A stretch of 20,000 nucleotides of DNA from an uncultured virus (IMG/VR IMGVR_UViG_3300031133_000283) (lineage: Duplodnaviria; Heunggongvirae; Uroviricota; Caudoviricetes): the IMG/VR virus record IMGVR_UViG_3300031133_000283, one strand, 5' to 3'. Both the position numbers and the translations under genes were made by a program. Below, piece by piece: positions 6,689 through 15,610 of this stretch (the first letter of the stretch is position 1; each line of letters starts with the position of its first letter). The notes below the pieces were generated by a model. That model was not told the DNA's origin, did not search any database, and worked only from the letters and a program-made list of their open reading frames with translations.

Positions 6689-8962
6689 ATGATTAGCCAA
6701 CTTGTCAACCACGCTGTAATCCTAGTAGGAATTTTCATAGGTATCTCATTAGCCTATGCCGGTTTGTCATACCTATGGAACCGTAAATATGTCCCTTCAA
6801 GGTTAGCTAAAGGTAAATTAGTGAAACCTTTGGGGAAGATTGTTTCCGAGGTGCAAACTTTTGCTTTCAAAGAAGATAATCGCAGCTTACTGAAAAAAGG
6901 TTCCCCAAAGGTCAAGGGTATCTTTGCAGTTAAGCGTCTGCACATCTATCTGTTTATCATCGGAGCTGTTGGGTTCATCTTAACAGGAAACTACTTATTC
7001 CTGATTGTTTTCCCAATCAGCCTTGCTGTTGGGTTTAGCCGTGCAATGCCAGTTCTGAAAGAACGTAACCAAGTCCTTGAACGCATTTTTGCTATTGCAG
7101 GGGCTTCCATCAACTTCTCTAATGGGACAAGAGGTAAGAGCGCTGTTCCTCCTGCCTACTGGAATCATCTTACAGTAGAAGAATGGACCTTCAATCAAGA
7201 AGGGGATACTCGTGAGTATATCCCTAAAAAAATGATTCTTTCTTTCCCTACTGGAAAAGGACCTGACCAGACTGCGCAGCGTACGTTTGAGAAGACATTC
7301 AAAGCTAATGTTAGCAATTTGAACGACTGGCACGTCGAATGGGAATTGACAAAAGACCGTGCAGTATTCAACCGTGTTGAAAACCTTCCAACTACGCTGA
7401 ATTATCCTGGTTCTGAGGACTCAAATTGGAGTCGCTTCCCAGTTGGATTATCTACTGCTGGAATAGCCGCGTTTGACGTTTCTACATTCCCTCACTGCCT
7501 TGTTGGTGGACCATCAGGTACAGGTAAATCAGTTCTGCAGCGTAACATTGTATTTCACACCATTCAGCATAACTATCGCTGGCGTTTCCTTGGTATTGAC
7601 TTGAAACGAGTAGAGCTCACACCTTATAACCGTTATAAGAAAACAGTTATGGGTATCGCTACTGAAGTTGACCAGGGTCTTGAAGTTCTCAAATATGTTA
7701 ACAATGAGATGATGGACCGTTACAAGATGATGGAGGAGCAAGGCAAGAATAATCTTATGGACCTTGATGACCCTCCATACTGCATCCTCCTCATGATTGA
7801 TGAGGCTACCATGTTCTTAGGTGCTTCTGGCTCTAAAACAGAAGAAGGTAAAGCAGAAGACGCTATGAAAGCAGAAGCGTCAGACTTAGTAGGTAAGATT
7901 CTTCGTTTGGGTCGTGCTGCTGGTATTCACATGGTTGTTGCTATGCAGCGACCTGACGCTACTGTCCTCCGAGGTGAGTTCAAAGCTAACATGGACGTAC
8001 GTCTTGCAGCAGGTCGTATGGACTCTACTCCATCTGCCATGATTTTAGACTCTGGTGAAGCAGTTAACCTGCCAGGTATCAAAGGTCGCGGACTTATCCG
8101 TGTCGGTGGTTCTTTGGATACTTTCCAGGGCTACTTTGCTCAGCCAGACTGGATTGACGATTTTATTTTAGCTCACCCAGAAGTAGAACCTTCAACAGTA
8201 TCCCCTGGTGGACACCTTCATGAGAAATACCAAGCAAGCCAGCGTTTAAAAACTGCGGATGCGCCTGCTATTGAAGAACAGCCAATCTCTATGGACAAAA
8301 CTGTCTCAGCTGAACCAGCTCTGTCTATGGATAAAGAAGCATCTCCTGTCTTACAGATGGAAAAAACATTCCCTGAACCTGATTTCATGAATGAGCCAGA
8401 ACCTGCAACAGCAGGACAGCAGAATCTCATGGAAGCTTTGCAGAAGAAGCCTGTTGACAATACATTGGATATGGGAGAGAAGACCATTCCTACCTTCTTC
8501 ACTGGTTCTGCTAATCCTCAGCAGAGTGCCCCTACATCGGAACCAGAGCTGAAACTCTCAGAAGATGATTTCGTTCTTGACGACTTTGATGATTCAATCC
8601 CAGAAGAAGAAGTTGTTCCCCAACCAACAGCTCAAGCTCCTGCCGCAAAGGTTACAACTATTCCTTCGCCTTTCGGTTCAAAGCCAACGCGTCCTGGAGT
8701 ACAGCGCCCTGCGAAAGCCCCAGTAGCTCCTGTGAGCGATTCTGAGGCCAGTAAACCTCGTTCTCTCCCTGGGAGACCAGGGGGCTTCCCAGCGCGTCCA
8801 GAGACCCCACAGCAGGTTCCTGAGCAGGTCCCAGAGAAGCCTGTTGCTCAGGAAAAAACAGAAGAGCCAAAGGTTGCCCCTAAGCGACCTGTTTCTCCAA
8901 ATAAAGCACCTATTGTCACAAAACCATCAAACGGTCAGAGAATAAGTAATCCTTTTGGGTAA
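6689..8962 (+). CDS. membrane-anchored FtsK/SpoIIIE-family ATPase (TraB/TcpA-like DNA translocase or coupling protein)
   Basis: N-terminal TM helices, Walker A HCLVGGPSGTGKS, GIDLKRVEL, Walker B LLMIDEA, and LGRAAGIHMVVAMQRPD. Long Pro/Glu-rich disordered tail. Confidence 0.9.
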   Translation: MISQLVNHAVILVGIFIGISLAYAGLSYLWNRKYVPSRLAKGKLVKPLGKIVSEVQTFAFKEDNRSLLKKGSPKVKGIFAVKRLHIYLFIIGAVGFILTGNYLFLIVFPISLAVGFSRAMPVLKERNQVLERIFAIAGASINFSNGTRGKSAVPPAYWNHLTVEEWTFNQEGDTREYIPKKMILSFPTGKGPDQTAQRTFEKTFKANVSNLNDWHVEWELTKDRAVFNRVENLPTTLNYPGSEDSNWSRFPVGLSTAGIAAFDVSTFPHCLVGGPSGTGKSVLQRNIVFHTIQHNYRWRFLGIDLKRVELTPYNRYKKTVMGIATEVDQGLEVLKYVNNEMMDRYKMMEEQGKNNLMDLDDPPYCILLMIDEATMFLGASGSKTEEGKAEDAMKAEASDLVGKILRLGRAAGIHMVVAMQRPDATVLRGEFKANMDVRLAAGRMDSTPSAMILDSGEAVNLPGIKGRGLIRVGGSLDTFQGYFAQPDWIDDFILAHPEVEPSTVSPGGHLHEKYQASQRLKTADAPAIEEQPISMDKTVSAEPALSMDKEASPVLQMEKTFPEPDFMNEPEPATAGQQNLMEALQKKPVDNTLDMGEKTIPTFFTGSANPQQSAPTSEPELKLSEDDFVLDDFDDSIPEEEVVPQPTAQAPAAKVTTIPSPFGSKPTRPGVQRPAKAPVAPVSDSEASKPRSLPGRPGGFPARPETPQQVPEQVPEKPVAQEKTEEPKVAPKRPVSPNKAPIVTKPSNGQRISNPFG

Positions 8963-9019
8963 GTCAACAGATAGGAATAAGCAGCAAGTCATTTTAGTAG
9001 AAAAGTTGAGTAATAAACA

Positions 9020-9907
9020 ATGAGCAGGTCACGCAAATCAGGTGGTAAATTAGGAAGCATTCTGACGTTCTTCGTCATCGGTGCATGTATCATCGGTTTC
9101 TACGGCATTCCTAGTGACCCTAACATTCATGAGATTCCTCAGATGCTGAAATCGAAGTCAAGCACAGTGAACGCTTGGATGAACAATTGTGTTCCAGGAG
9201 CTGTCAAAGGCGACTTCAGCCATTGTTCCCTTTCCAGCAACGTTCAGACTGGCGGAAACACTGGCACCCCAGGAACAGGTACCCCTGGTGATTCTACAAA
9301 TCCTGGCACATCCACAGGAGCAGCACCTGTAGCAAAAGATAAAGCGTTACAAGATTTATCATCAATCAAAGTTGCTAACTCTGGTAACGTATCATATGAC
9401 CGCGGTCAATGGAAGCACTGGATCAGCCAAGGTTCATCCTGTTGGGATACCCGAGACCAGGTTTTGTATCGTGATGCAGCCAAAGATAGTTCATTAGTGC
9501 TGACGAATAGTTCAGGAAAGACTGTAACTAACGTCAAAGAAGCGTGTACTGTCAAAGCTGGAACATGGACAGACCCATACACGGGAAACAAAGTCACTGA
9601 CCCTCGCTCTCTTGACATTGACCACGTTATCCCATTAGGTTATGCAGCTGACCATGGCGGACAAGCATGGAATGCAGCAAAGAAGCAAGCATACGCTAAT
9701 GATATTTCAAATTCTTATCACCTGCGTGCAGTAGGAGCAAGTCCAAACCGTGCCAAAGGTGATAAAGGCCCAAGTGCTTGGAAGCCTTACTCAGGCGATT
9801 ACTGCAACTACGCTACCTCCTGGGTTGAAATTAGTAAGAATTATGGTCTGAGCGCCAGTGCAGCTGATGTCAAAGTTCTCAAAGATATGTTAGCAACTTG
9901 TAGGTGA
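9020..9907 (+). CDS. secreted/membrane-anchored HNH nuclease (DUF1524-like)
   Basis: N-terminal TM/signal segment and G/T/P linker. Motifs YDR..W.HW, CWDTRDQVL, WTDPYTG, DIDHVIPL, AYAND, NRAKGDKGP..W.P. Confidence 0.88.
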   Translation: MSRSRKSGGKLGSILTFFVIGACIIGFYGIPSDPNIHEIPQMLKSKSSTVNAWMNNCVPGAVKGDFSHCSLSSNVQTGGNTGTPGTGTPGDSTNPGTSTGAAPVAKDKALQDLSSIKVANSGNVSYDRGQWKHWISQGSSCWDTRDQVLYRDAAKDSSLVLTNSSGKTVTNVKEACTVKAGTWTDPYTGNKVTDPRSLDIDHVIPLGYAADHGGQAWNAAKKQAYANDISNSYHLRAVGASPNRAKGDKGPSAWKPYSGDYCNYATSWVEISKNYGLSASAADVKVLKDMLATCR

Positions 9908-10113
9908 TTGCGATGAAGCATATAAGAAAACAGCATCAACTTATGAAGTACATGTCTTCCCCTGCTGGGTGGTTTCCAGACCCATGGGACTTATCTGGTA
10001 ACGCTAAACAAGAACGTTGGTGGTCAGGGCTGATTTGGACTGAAAGAACGCGCGAAATTGAAAAAGTGCCTGATAGGAATAATTCATCAGTCATTGACCA
10101 AAAGGAAAGCTAG
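9904..10113 (+). CDS. small DUF2510-like protein
   Basis: PAGWFPDP...ERWWSG..WT signature. The true start may be a downstream ATG (9943 or 9952). Confidence 0.7.
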   Translation: MIAMKHIRKQHQLMKYMSSPAGWFPDPWDLSGNAKQERWWSGLIWTERTREIEKVPDRNNSSVIDQKES

Positions 10114-10301
10114 TGATTAAGAAAGCCATCAAGAATATCCTTCTTGCCATCGGAATAGGTGTTGTTCTTCTATTCATCTGGCAAGTATGGGGTCGTTCCG
10201 GTAACATTGCAGGCTTCATTGGCATGCTTTGGGACTGGTTCTACGCTGTATGTAGCGGAATCGTTCAGGTGGTTCGTCAAGCAACGAATGACTTGAAATA
10301 A
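10113..10301 (+). CDS. small membrane protein
   Basis: RBS AAGGAAAG then GTG. Basic N-terminus, TM helix and an amphipathic Trp-rich segment. Confidence 0.75.
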   Translation: MIKKAIKNILLAIGIGVVLLFIWQVWGRSGNIAGFIGMLWDWFYAVCSGIVQVVRQATNDLK

Positions 10302-10319
10302 TCAAATAAGTAAGTCAAG

Positions 10320-10353
10320 TTTACGGCCCTGATTTCCCCATCAGGGTCGTAAA
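10320..10353 (+). terminator. 14-bp hairpin, probable terminator
   Basis: TTTACGGCCCTGAT-ttcccc-ATCAGGGTCGTAAA, one G-U pair. Confidence 0.7.
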
Positions 10354-10415
10354 TATTTAAAAGATAAAACCTCGTTACCAATTTGTTACTTATTGCCATA
10401 GAACGAGTAGTACGC

Positions 10416-10430
10416 GCCGATAAATTCCCC
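10416..10430 (+). promoter_or_regulatory. GCCGATAA sigma28/WhiG-like -10 box, leaderless start
   Basis: GCCGATA 10416-10422, then 8 nt, then ATG 10431. No Shine-Dalgarno site. Confidence 0.55.
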
Positions 10431-11111
10431 ATGTTTGAAAATTTTGCAACATCCTTATGGTCTGCTGCAATAGCTGTCAACCTGGCAGTTACAGGTGGAG
10501 CGTTACCCGCTCACACTGAACCACAGCAGGCTCCCAACGCAAACATACTGGATGTAGTGTACTCCGACTCTGGAACTACCACTACTCAAAACCAAACCAT
10601 AAAAACTGCCTCAAGCGCACGATCAGACTCCACATCCCGTGATGTTTACACTATTGTCGCTCCGAAGCCGAAACCTAAACCGGCTCCAAAACCTACCGTA
10701 TCCGAAGCAGTTTCAGGGAAAAGTACCACAACATCATCCAGTTCAACCGCGTCTCAGTCCAAAACATCAACTCCAACACAAGCTTCCGCTCCTAATGTAA
10801 CTCCTGATCCAGGCTCCGCACAAGCAGAAGCTTGGAATCAAGTACAAGCATATGGTTGGGGACAAGATGAATTCAATTGTTTGGTAGCTTTGTGGAACAA
10901 AGAATCTGGCTGGCGTTTGAATGCCGCCAACGCTTCCTCAGGAGCTTACGGAATTCCACAATCCCTCCCTGGAAGTAAAATGGCTTCCGCAGGAGCTGAC
11001 TGGCAAACAAACCCTGCTACCCAAATCAAATGGGGATTAGGTTACATCCAAGGCTCTTATGGAACTCCTTGTGGAGCTTGGGGACATTCTCAGGCCACTG
11101 GTTGGTACTAA
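10431..11111 (+). CDS. secreted lytic transglycosylase (actinobacterial SLT domain)
   Basis: Signal-like N-terminus and S/T/P linker. Domain CLVALWNKESGW..NA.N.SSGAYGIPQSLPGSKMASAGADWQTNPATQIKWGLGYI..YGTPCGAW. Start moved to ATG 10431. Confidence 0.9.
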   Translation: MFENFATSLWSAAIAVNLAVTGGALPAHTEPQQAPNANILDVVYSDSGTTTTQNQTIKTASSARSDSTSRDVYTIVAPKPKPKPAPKPTVSEAVSGKSTTTSSSSTASQSKTSTPTQASAPNVTPDPGSAQAEAWNQVQAYGWGQDEFNCLVALWNKESGWRLNAANASSGAYGIPQSLPGSKMASAGADWQTNPATQIKWGLGYIQGSYGTPCGAWGHSQATGWY

Positions 11112-11119
11112 ACTAACAA

Positions 11120-11650
11120 CTAACGTTCAATAAGCTCAACAGTAAGTTTGAGACGAGAAAGAACTTTGAAGAGAACGGCAACACTCATAGCAGGGTTGCC
11201 GTTCTCTATTTCTGTAATGCGAATAATAGGTACCTTCAAATCATTCGCTAAACGCTTCTTATCCCAATTGAGCTGTTCACGTCGTCTTTGAATAACGCTT
11301 CCTAGGGTTTCATAATCATGAACTACCCGCCGTAGTTTCTGATTGTCTTCTGGCTTTACACGAGAGTGACCTACATGCAGAAACAGACAATAATCGCAAC
11401 GGTAAATATTTGTTGCTGGGTCTAAACGTAAGCGCTCAGGAACTTCACCTTCGTAGCGGTACTTGGTTTTCCAATTCCAGACCCCGTTGACTTCCCTCTT
11501 ACAATGCCGAGGAGCTTTCTCTACCTGAGGCTTTGGAGCAGGGTGCGGAACACAACGATATGAACAGAACTGACCGTTGAGGACAGTATCTTCTAACTTC
11601 TTACGGCAGTTCTTACAACGCATACGGTCTGGAAAAAATGTTTCACTCAT
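11120..11650 (-). CDS. Zn-binding protein with C-terminal XRE-type helix-turn-helix
   Basis: CKNC..FCSYRC, HC..YRCDYCLFLHVGH, and C-terminal LGSVIQRRREQLNWDKKRLANDL..ITEIENG. Start placed at ATG 11650, 9 nt after TCCGATA. Confidence 0.8.
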   Translation of the reverse strand: MSETFFPDRMRCKNCRKKLEDTVLNGQFCSYRCVPHPAPKPQVEKAPRHCKREVNGVWNWKTKYRYEGEVPERLRLDPATNIYRCDYCLFLHVGHSRVKPEDNQKLRRVVHDYETLGSVIQRRREQLNWDKKRLANDLKVPIIRITEIENGNPAMSVAVLFKVLSRLKLTVELIER

Positions 11651-11719
11651 ACAGTAAACTATCGGAAAGCTAACAGGTGAACGCACTCTTGGTGCCTACA
11701 AGTAAACGATCAACAAAAG

Positions 11720-11748
11720 TTGACAGCCTTCTTACTCCATGGTATAGT
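11720..11748 (+). promoter_or_regulatory. SigA-type promoter for the RNA ligase
   Basis: TTGACA (11720-11725), 17-nt spacer, TGg-TATAGT (11743-11748). Confidence 0.8.
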
Positions 11749-11837
11749 TACTTCTGATGTAGCCCCTCCGGGAAATATCTGGTGACCCACGCTGGACTCG
11801 AAATCCGAAACCAGTATTTACATAGGAGGAACTGAAA

Positions 11838-12920
11838 ATGGCAACATTTGAAGTTACAATTGAAAACATCACAGTGCACCCTCACCCGAATGCTGACCGA
11901 CTCGAGTACGCTCAGGTTGGCCTGTACAATGTCGTGGTTCCCAAAGGTGTGTACAGCACAGGAGATGAAGTTTTCTACATCCCTGAATACGCTGTACTGC
12001 CTGAAACAATCATTGCAAAGTTAGGGCTTGAAGGCAAGCTGGCAGGACGTAAAAAAGACCGAGTGAAGCCTGTCCGTCTACGCGGACTTCTCTCACAAGG
12101 GCTTGTTGCTCCTCTTGATATCCTTGACGTTGACTGGGACCGTAATAAGAAAGACTTCTCAGAAGACTTAGGGATTGTGAAATGGGAACCTGAAATTCCT
12201 CTTTCATTAGCAGGAGATGTAACAGCTGCACCTGAGCTTGTTCGTTGGATTGATATTGAAAACATCAAGAAGTTCCCGAACATGTTCACAGATGGTGAAC
12301 TTATTGTCGTTGATGAAAAAGTTCACGGGACAGCAACCTGCATTACCGTAACAAACCTGAACACAGATGAGCCAACAGTGTATGTTACTTCTAAGGGAAT
12401 CGGAGCACGTAATCTTGCTCTGAAAGAAGACCCGAAGAACGCATACTGGCGGATGTTCCACAAGTACGAACTGCTGGAATTTACTAAGTTCATCGCTACA
12501 CGTTTCCCAGGAACAGAGAAAGTCGCTGTTTTCGGAGAAACATACGGTTCAGTGCAAGACCTGCATTACGGCCTGAACAACGATTTAGGTTTCATTCTGT
12601 TCGACATCCACCTTACCCACACAGCAGCAGAGGGTATTGTTGGAGAATGGGTTGACCCTGAAACAACAGAACAGCTCGCTCATGAAGCAGAAGTTCCGTT
12701 AGCACCACGGCTTTACGAAGGGCCTTACAGCCTGGAAAAAATCACTGAACTTGCTTACGGGCCAGAACAAGTTTCTGGAACAGAAGCTAACATCCGTGAA
12801 GGAGTTGTGGTACGTCCTGCAGCAACAAACCCCAGCAAGACTTTTGAAGGGTCTCGCAAGATTGGAAAGTTTGTTTCTGATGACTACCTAACACGTTCAG
12901 GTGGGACAGAGTACAACTAA
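11838..12920 (+). CDS. ATP-dependent RNA ligase, DRB0094/Rnl5-like
   Basis: N-terminal HPNADRLE..VVVPKG..GD.V.YIPE..VLP domain. Nucleotidyltransferase motifs EKVHGT, FGE, FILFDI, REGVVVRP and KFVSDDYL. RBS AGGAGG. Confidence 0.92.
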   Translation: MATFEVTIENITVHPHPNADRLEYAQVGLYNVVVPKGVYSTGDEVFYIPEYAVLPETIIAKLGLEGKLAGRKKDRVKPVRLRGLLSQGLVAPLDILDVDWDRNKKDFSEDLGIVKWEPEIPLSLAGDVTAAPELVRWIDIENIKKFPNMFTDGELIVVDEKVHGTATCITVTNLNTDEPTVYVTSKGIGARNLALKEDPKNAYWRMFHKYELLEFTKFIATRFPGTEKVAVFGETYGSVQDLHYGLNNDLGFILFDIHLTHTAAEGIVGEWVDPETTEQLAHEAEVPLAPRLYEGPYSLEKITELAYGPEQVSGTEANIREGVVVRPAATNPSKTFEGSRKIGKFVSDDYLTRSGGTEYN

Positions 12921-12963
12921 ACAAAATGAGGGTTCCGTATTACTCGGAGCCCTCATTTTGTTT
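12919..12963 (+). terminator. 19-bp hairpin terminator
   Basis: AAACAAAATGAGGGTTCCG-tattact-CGGAGCCCTCATTTTGTTT, with a T-rich 3' arm. Confidence 0.8.
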
Positions 12964-12994
12964 CTCCCGACCAATAAGCTGGTACCATTGAATA

Positions 12995-13258
12995 ATGAAG
13001 ATCAAAACACCAGCTTGCCCAGTCTGCGGTAAAACAAGTATGCTTGACTTGCCGAACTATGTCGTAGCAAAAATACGTAGTGGAGCTTTCATTCAGGAGT
13101 CCATGAAAGATTACGATGCTGATACCAGAGAACTTGCTCTTACCGGGACACATCCCGCATGCTGGGATTCAATGATGCCTGAGGATGAGGAGGAAGAAGA
13201 GTTCATCACTGATCCTTGGGATGAACGAAGCTGGCATCTTCACAAACCTCCTTTTTGA
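12995..13258 (+). CDS. small putative Zn-binding protein
   Basis: CPVC near the N-terminus, TGTHPACWD and an acidic tail. Preceded by TGg-TACCAT 6 nt before the ATG, consistent with a leaderless SigA-type start. Confidence 0.7.
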   Translation: MKIKTPACPVCGKTSMLDLPNYVVAKIRSGAFIQESMKDYDADTRELALTGTHPACWDSMMPEDEEEEEFITDPWDERSWHLHKPPF

Positions 13259-13346
13259 GGGAATCAAATCAACTCATTAGCAGTTGAAGAATAGGCAAGC
13301 TCAGCCTATAAATTGAGAGCGAAAAAGAAGCAATAGAAATGGAATC

Positions 13347-14150
13347 ATGACTAACACTGCATATGAAGACCTTCTCCGACATGTCGTAGAGAACGGAACA
13401 CACAAAAGCGACCGAACAGGCACAGGTACCACAAGTGTCTTTGGTGCGCAAATGCGCTTTGACCTAAAAGAGGGCTTTCCTCTTATCACCACCAAGAAAG
13501 TATTCATGAAAGGTATTGTTCATGAGCTTCTTTGGTTCTTACAAGGTGCAAGTAACACCGAATATCTGCAAGAACATAACGTCAAAATTTGGGATGCTTG
13601 GGCAGATGAAGATGGGGAGCTTGGACCAGTTTATGGTGTACAGTGGCGCTCCTGGCCTAACCCTTACAAGCCTGGGGAAACCATTGACCAGATTGCAGAT
13701 GTTATTGAACAAATCAAAACGAATCCTGACAGCCGTCGCCTTATTGTGCAGGCATGGAATCCAGCTGCATTAGAGTTACAAGCGCTGCCTCCTTGCCATG
13801 CATTCTTCCAGTTCTATGTAGCTGACGGCAAACTTTCATGCCAGCTGTACCAGCGTAGTGGTGATATGTTCTTAGGTGTTCCATTCAACATTGCTTCATA
13901 TGCTCTGCTTACTCATATGATTGCTCAGCAGACAGGTTTGGAAGTAGGCGAGTTCATTCACACCTTAGGTGATGCTCACGTTTATGACAACCACCAAGAG
14001 CAGGTTCGTGAGCAGCTTTCACGAGATATCCGAGAATTCCCAACCTTGAAGTTGAACAAAGCTGACTCCATCGATGATTACAAGTACGAAGATGTTGTCA
14101 TTGAAGGATATGACCCTCATCCTGCAATTCGCGGCGCAGTAGCAGTCTAA
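13347..14150 (+). CDS. thyA: thymidylate synthase
   Basis: [68 protein letters not shown]. Confidence 0.98.
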   Translation: MTNTAYEDLLRHVVENGTHKSDRTGTGTTSVFGAQMRFDLKEGFPLITTKKVFMKGIVHELLWFLQGASNTEYLQEHNVKIWDAWADEDGELGPVYGVQWRSWPNPYKPGETIDQIADVIEQIKTNPDSRRLIVQAWNPAALELQALPPCHAFFQFYVADGKLSCQLYQRSGDMFLGVPFNIASYALLTHMIAQQTGLEVGEFIHTLGDAHVYDNHQEQVREQLSRDIREFPTLKLNKADSIDDYKYEDVVIEGYDPHPAIRGAVAV

Positions 14151-14165
14151 TTGCTATAAAACGCC

Positions 14166-14211
14166 AGTGGCGGTTCATCAGATAAGATTCTGGTGAACCG
14201 CCACTTTTTTT
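14166..14211 (+). terminator. intrinsic terminator of thyA, overlapping the 3' end of the convergent gene
   Basis: AGTGGCGGTTCATCAGA/TCTGGTGAACCGCCACT, 17-bp stem with one G-U pair, followed by a T run to 14211. Confidence 0.85.
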
Positions 14212-14645
14212 GGAACTTTATTTACATATAAATACGCATGAATTGCTATGTACGCAATAAAACAGATAGCTGCTAATACCGCTAGTGTTATCAAAGAAGC
14301 ATACGAAGCTGGAATGAATAAGAAGAAAACGCTGAGTAATGAAACTACTAACACTGTCCCCATTAACGCACTTCTTCGAACATCCAAGATATCAGCTCTG
14401 GTATCTTGGAATCCTTTCCACCATCCAGAAAACCCGACTTTTACTGGGGTGAAACGAAATGCATGAATCAGATTCTCCTGAGGGAGCCTTTTCCCTCTCA
14501 TGTAGAGCTTATTCTCTGCAATATCCACTTTCTCTTTAAGCGTTTTCCAACTTGTGAATACTTCCCCATCGTACCATTGCAATCCACCTGCTTTCAAAGC
14601 ATTTCTTTGCATTTCTGATCCAATGAATTCTACTTTACCTAACAT
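14178..14645 (-). CDS. membrane protein with two C-terminal TM helices
   Basis: Fills the thyA-folA gap. Two hydrophobic helices. TAATAT lies 7 nt before the ATG. Confidence 0.7.
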   Translation of the reverse strand: MLGKVEFIGSEMQRNALKAGGLQWYDGEVFTSWKTLKEKVDIAENKLYMRGKRLPQENLIHAFRFTPVKVGFSGWWKGFQDTRADILDVRRSALMGTVLVVSLLSVFFLFIPASYASLITLAVLAAICFIAYIAIHAYLYVNKVPKKVAVHQNLI

Positions 14646-14717
14646 ATGTTCTATATTACTCTATTTTTTCAATTCGAGGTACTCTGTTCGATAAAGCAAG
14701 TAGAAAAGATAAGGAAT

Positions 14718-15209
14718 ATGACTATCAAAGCAATTTGGGCACAAACCCCACACGGAATCATTGGGGATGGCAGTAGTATGCTTTGGCATCTCCCAGAAGA
14801 TTTGAAACACTTTGCTGATTTGACAAAGAACCATACGGTAGTTATGGGACGCAAAACTTGGGATTCCCTTCCTGCAAAGTCACGCCCGTTACCTCAGAGA
14901 CGTAATGTTGTCATTTCTCGTCGCGCCACCACATTACCAGGCGCTGATGAAATTAGTGATGATTTGTCAGCTGTGTTGCAAAATGAAAACAATGAAGAAC
15001 TTTGGGTCATCGGCGGTGGTGAGATTTACTACCAGGCGCTACCATATTTGGATGAAATTCACATTACGCGAGTTCTTCTTGATATTGACGAGGGAGTGTA
15101 TGCTCCTGAGTTAGTAGGCTTTGTTCAGCAGACAGGAACCTCTATCCGAGTTTCAACCACTGGAATTAAATACTCATTTGAAGTTTGGGTTCGTGAAAAC
15201 GCCCAGTAA
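14718..15209 (+). CDS. folA: dihydrofolate reductase
   Basis: IWAQ..GIIG, LWHLPEDLKHF, VVMGRKTWDSLP, RPLP.RRNVVISR, WVIGGGEIY. Start ATG 14718 after AAGGA. Confidence 0.96.
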   Translation: MTIKAIWAQTPHGIIGDGSSMLWHLPEDLKHFADLTKNHTVVMGRKTWDSLPAKSRPLPQRRNVVISRRATTLPGADEISDDLSAVLQNENNEELWVIGGGEIYYQALPYLDEIHITRVLLDIDEGVYAPELVGFVQQTGTSIRVSTTGIKYSFEVWVRENAQ

Positions 15210-15280
15210 AATTAGCGTATATCATGTTTTTACGCTATGATAGAGCAGTACTGACTAAACACGAAAAGAAAGCGGTGCTT

Positions 15281-15592
15281 ATGCCAATCTCAGCAGCTTA
15301 CGAGCGCACAGTCCCAGCCAAACTCTATGTGCACATTGAGGGGGAAGCGCCTTTTGAAGCAAGCGAAGCAGATTTGATTAACTTTGGTTATGTCAAAACT
15401 GAACCTGAGCCTCAGGAAATCCCTGAAACTACCCAGGAAGGTTTCGACCCGACTCCTTTGCTCCGCGCAGGCGCTAAATTCGGAGCACGTGCTTTGAAAG
15501 TAGTAAACGTTGCAAAGGATGTTACAACCACAATCGTTCGGGACAAAGTGAACGAGAAAAATAACACCAACAACAAAAACCCCAAAAACTGA
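15281..15592 (+). CDS. hypothetical protein
   Basis: Likely start ATG 15281 after AAGAAAGCGG. Asn/Lys-rich tail, followed by a strong hairpin. Confidence 0.65.
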   Translation: MPISAAYERTVPAKLYVHIEGEAPFEASEADLINFGYVKTEPEPQEIPETTQEGFDPTPLLRAGAKFGARALKVVNVAKDVTTTIVRDKVNEKNNTNNKNPKN

Positions 15593-15610
15593 AAACGCAG
15601 TAACCATCGA

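Noticed and set aside
11753..11815. Hammerhead or HDV-like ribozyme in the ligase leader (CTGATG..GAAA, CGAA)
   Set aside because: The core reads CTGATGT or CTGGTGA rather than CTGANGA, and there is too little sequence to build the HDV P3/P1 elements. Kept only as a generic structured leader.
14674..14691. Possible actinobacterial LexA box (TCGA...GTTCGA) upstream of folA
   Set aside because: The left half-site and spacing do not match TCGAAC-N4-GTTCGA.
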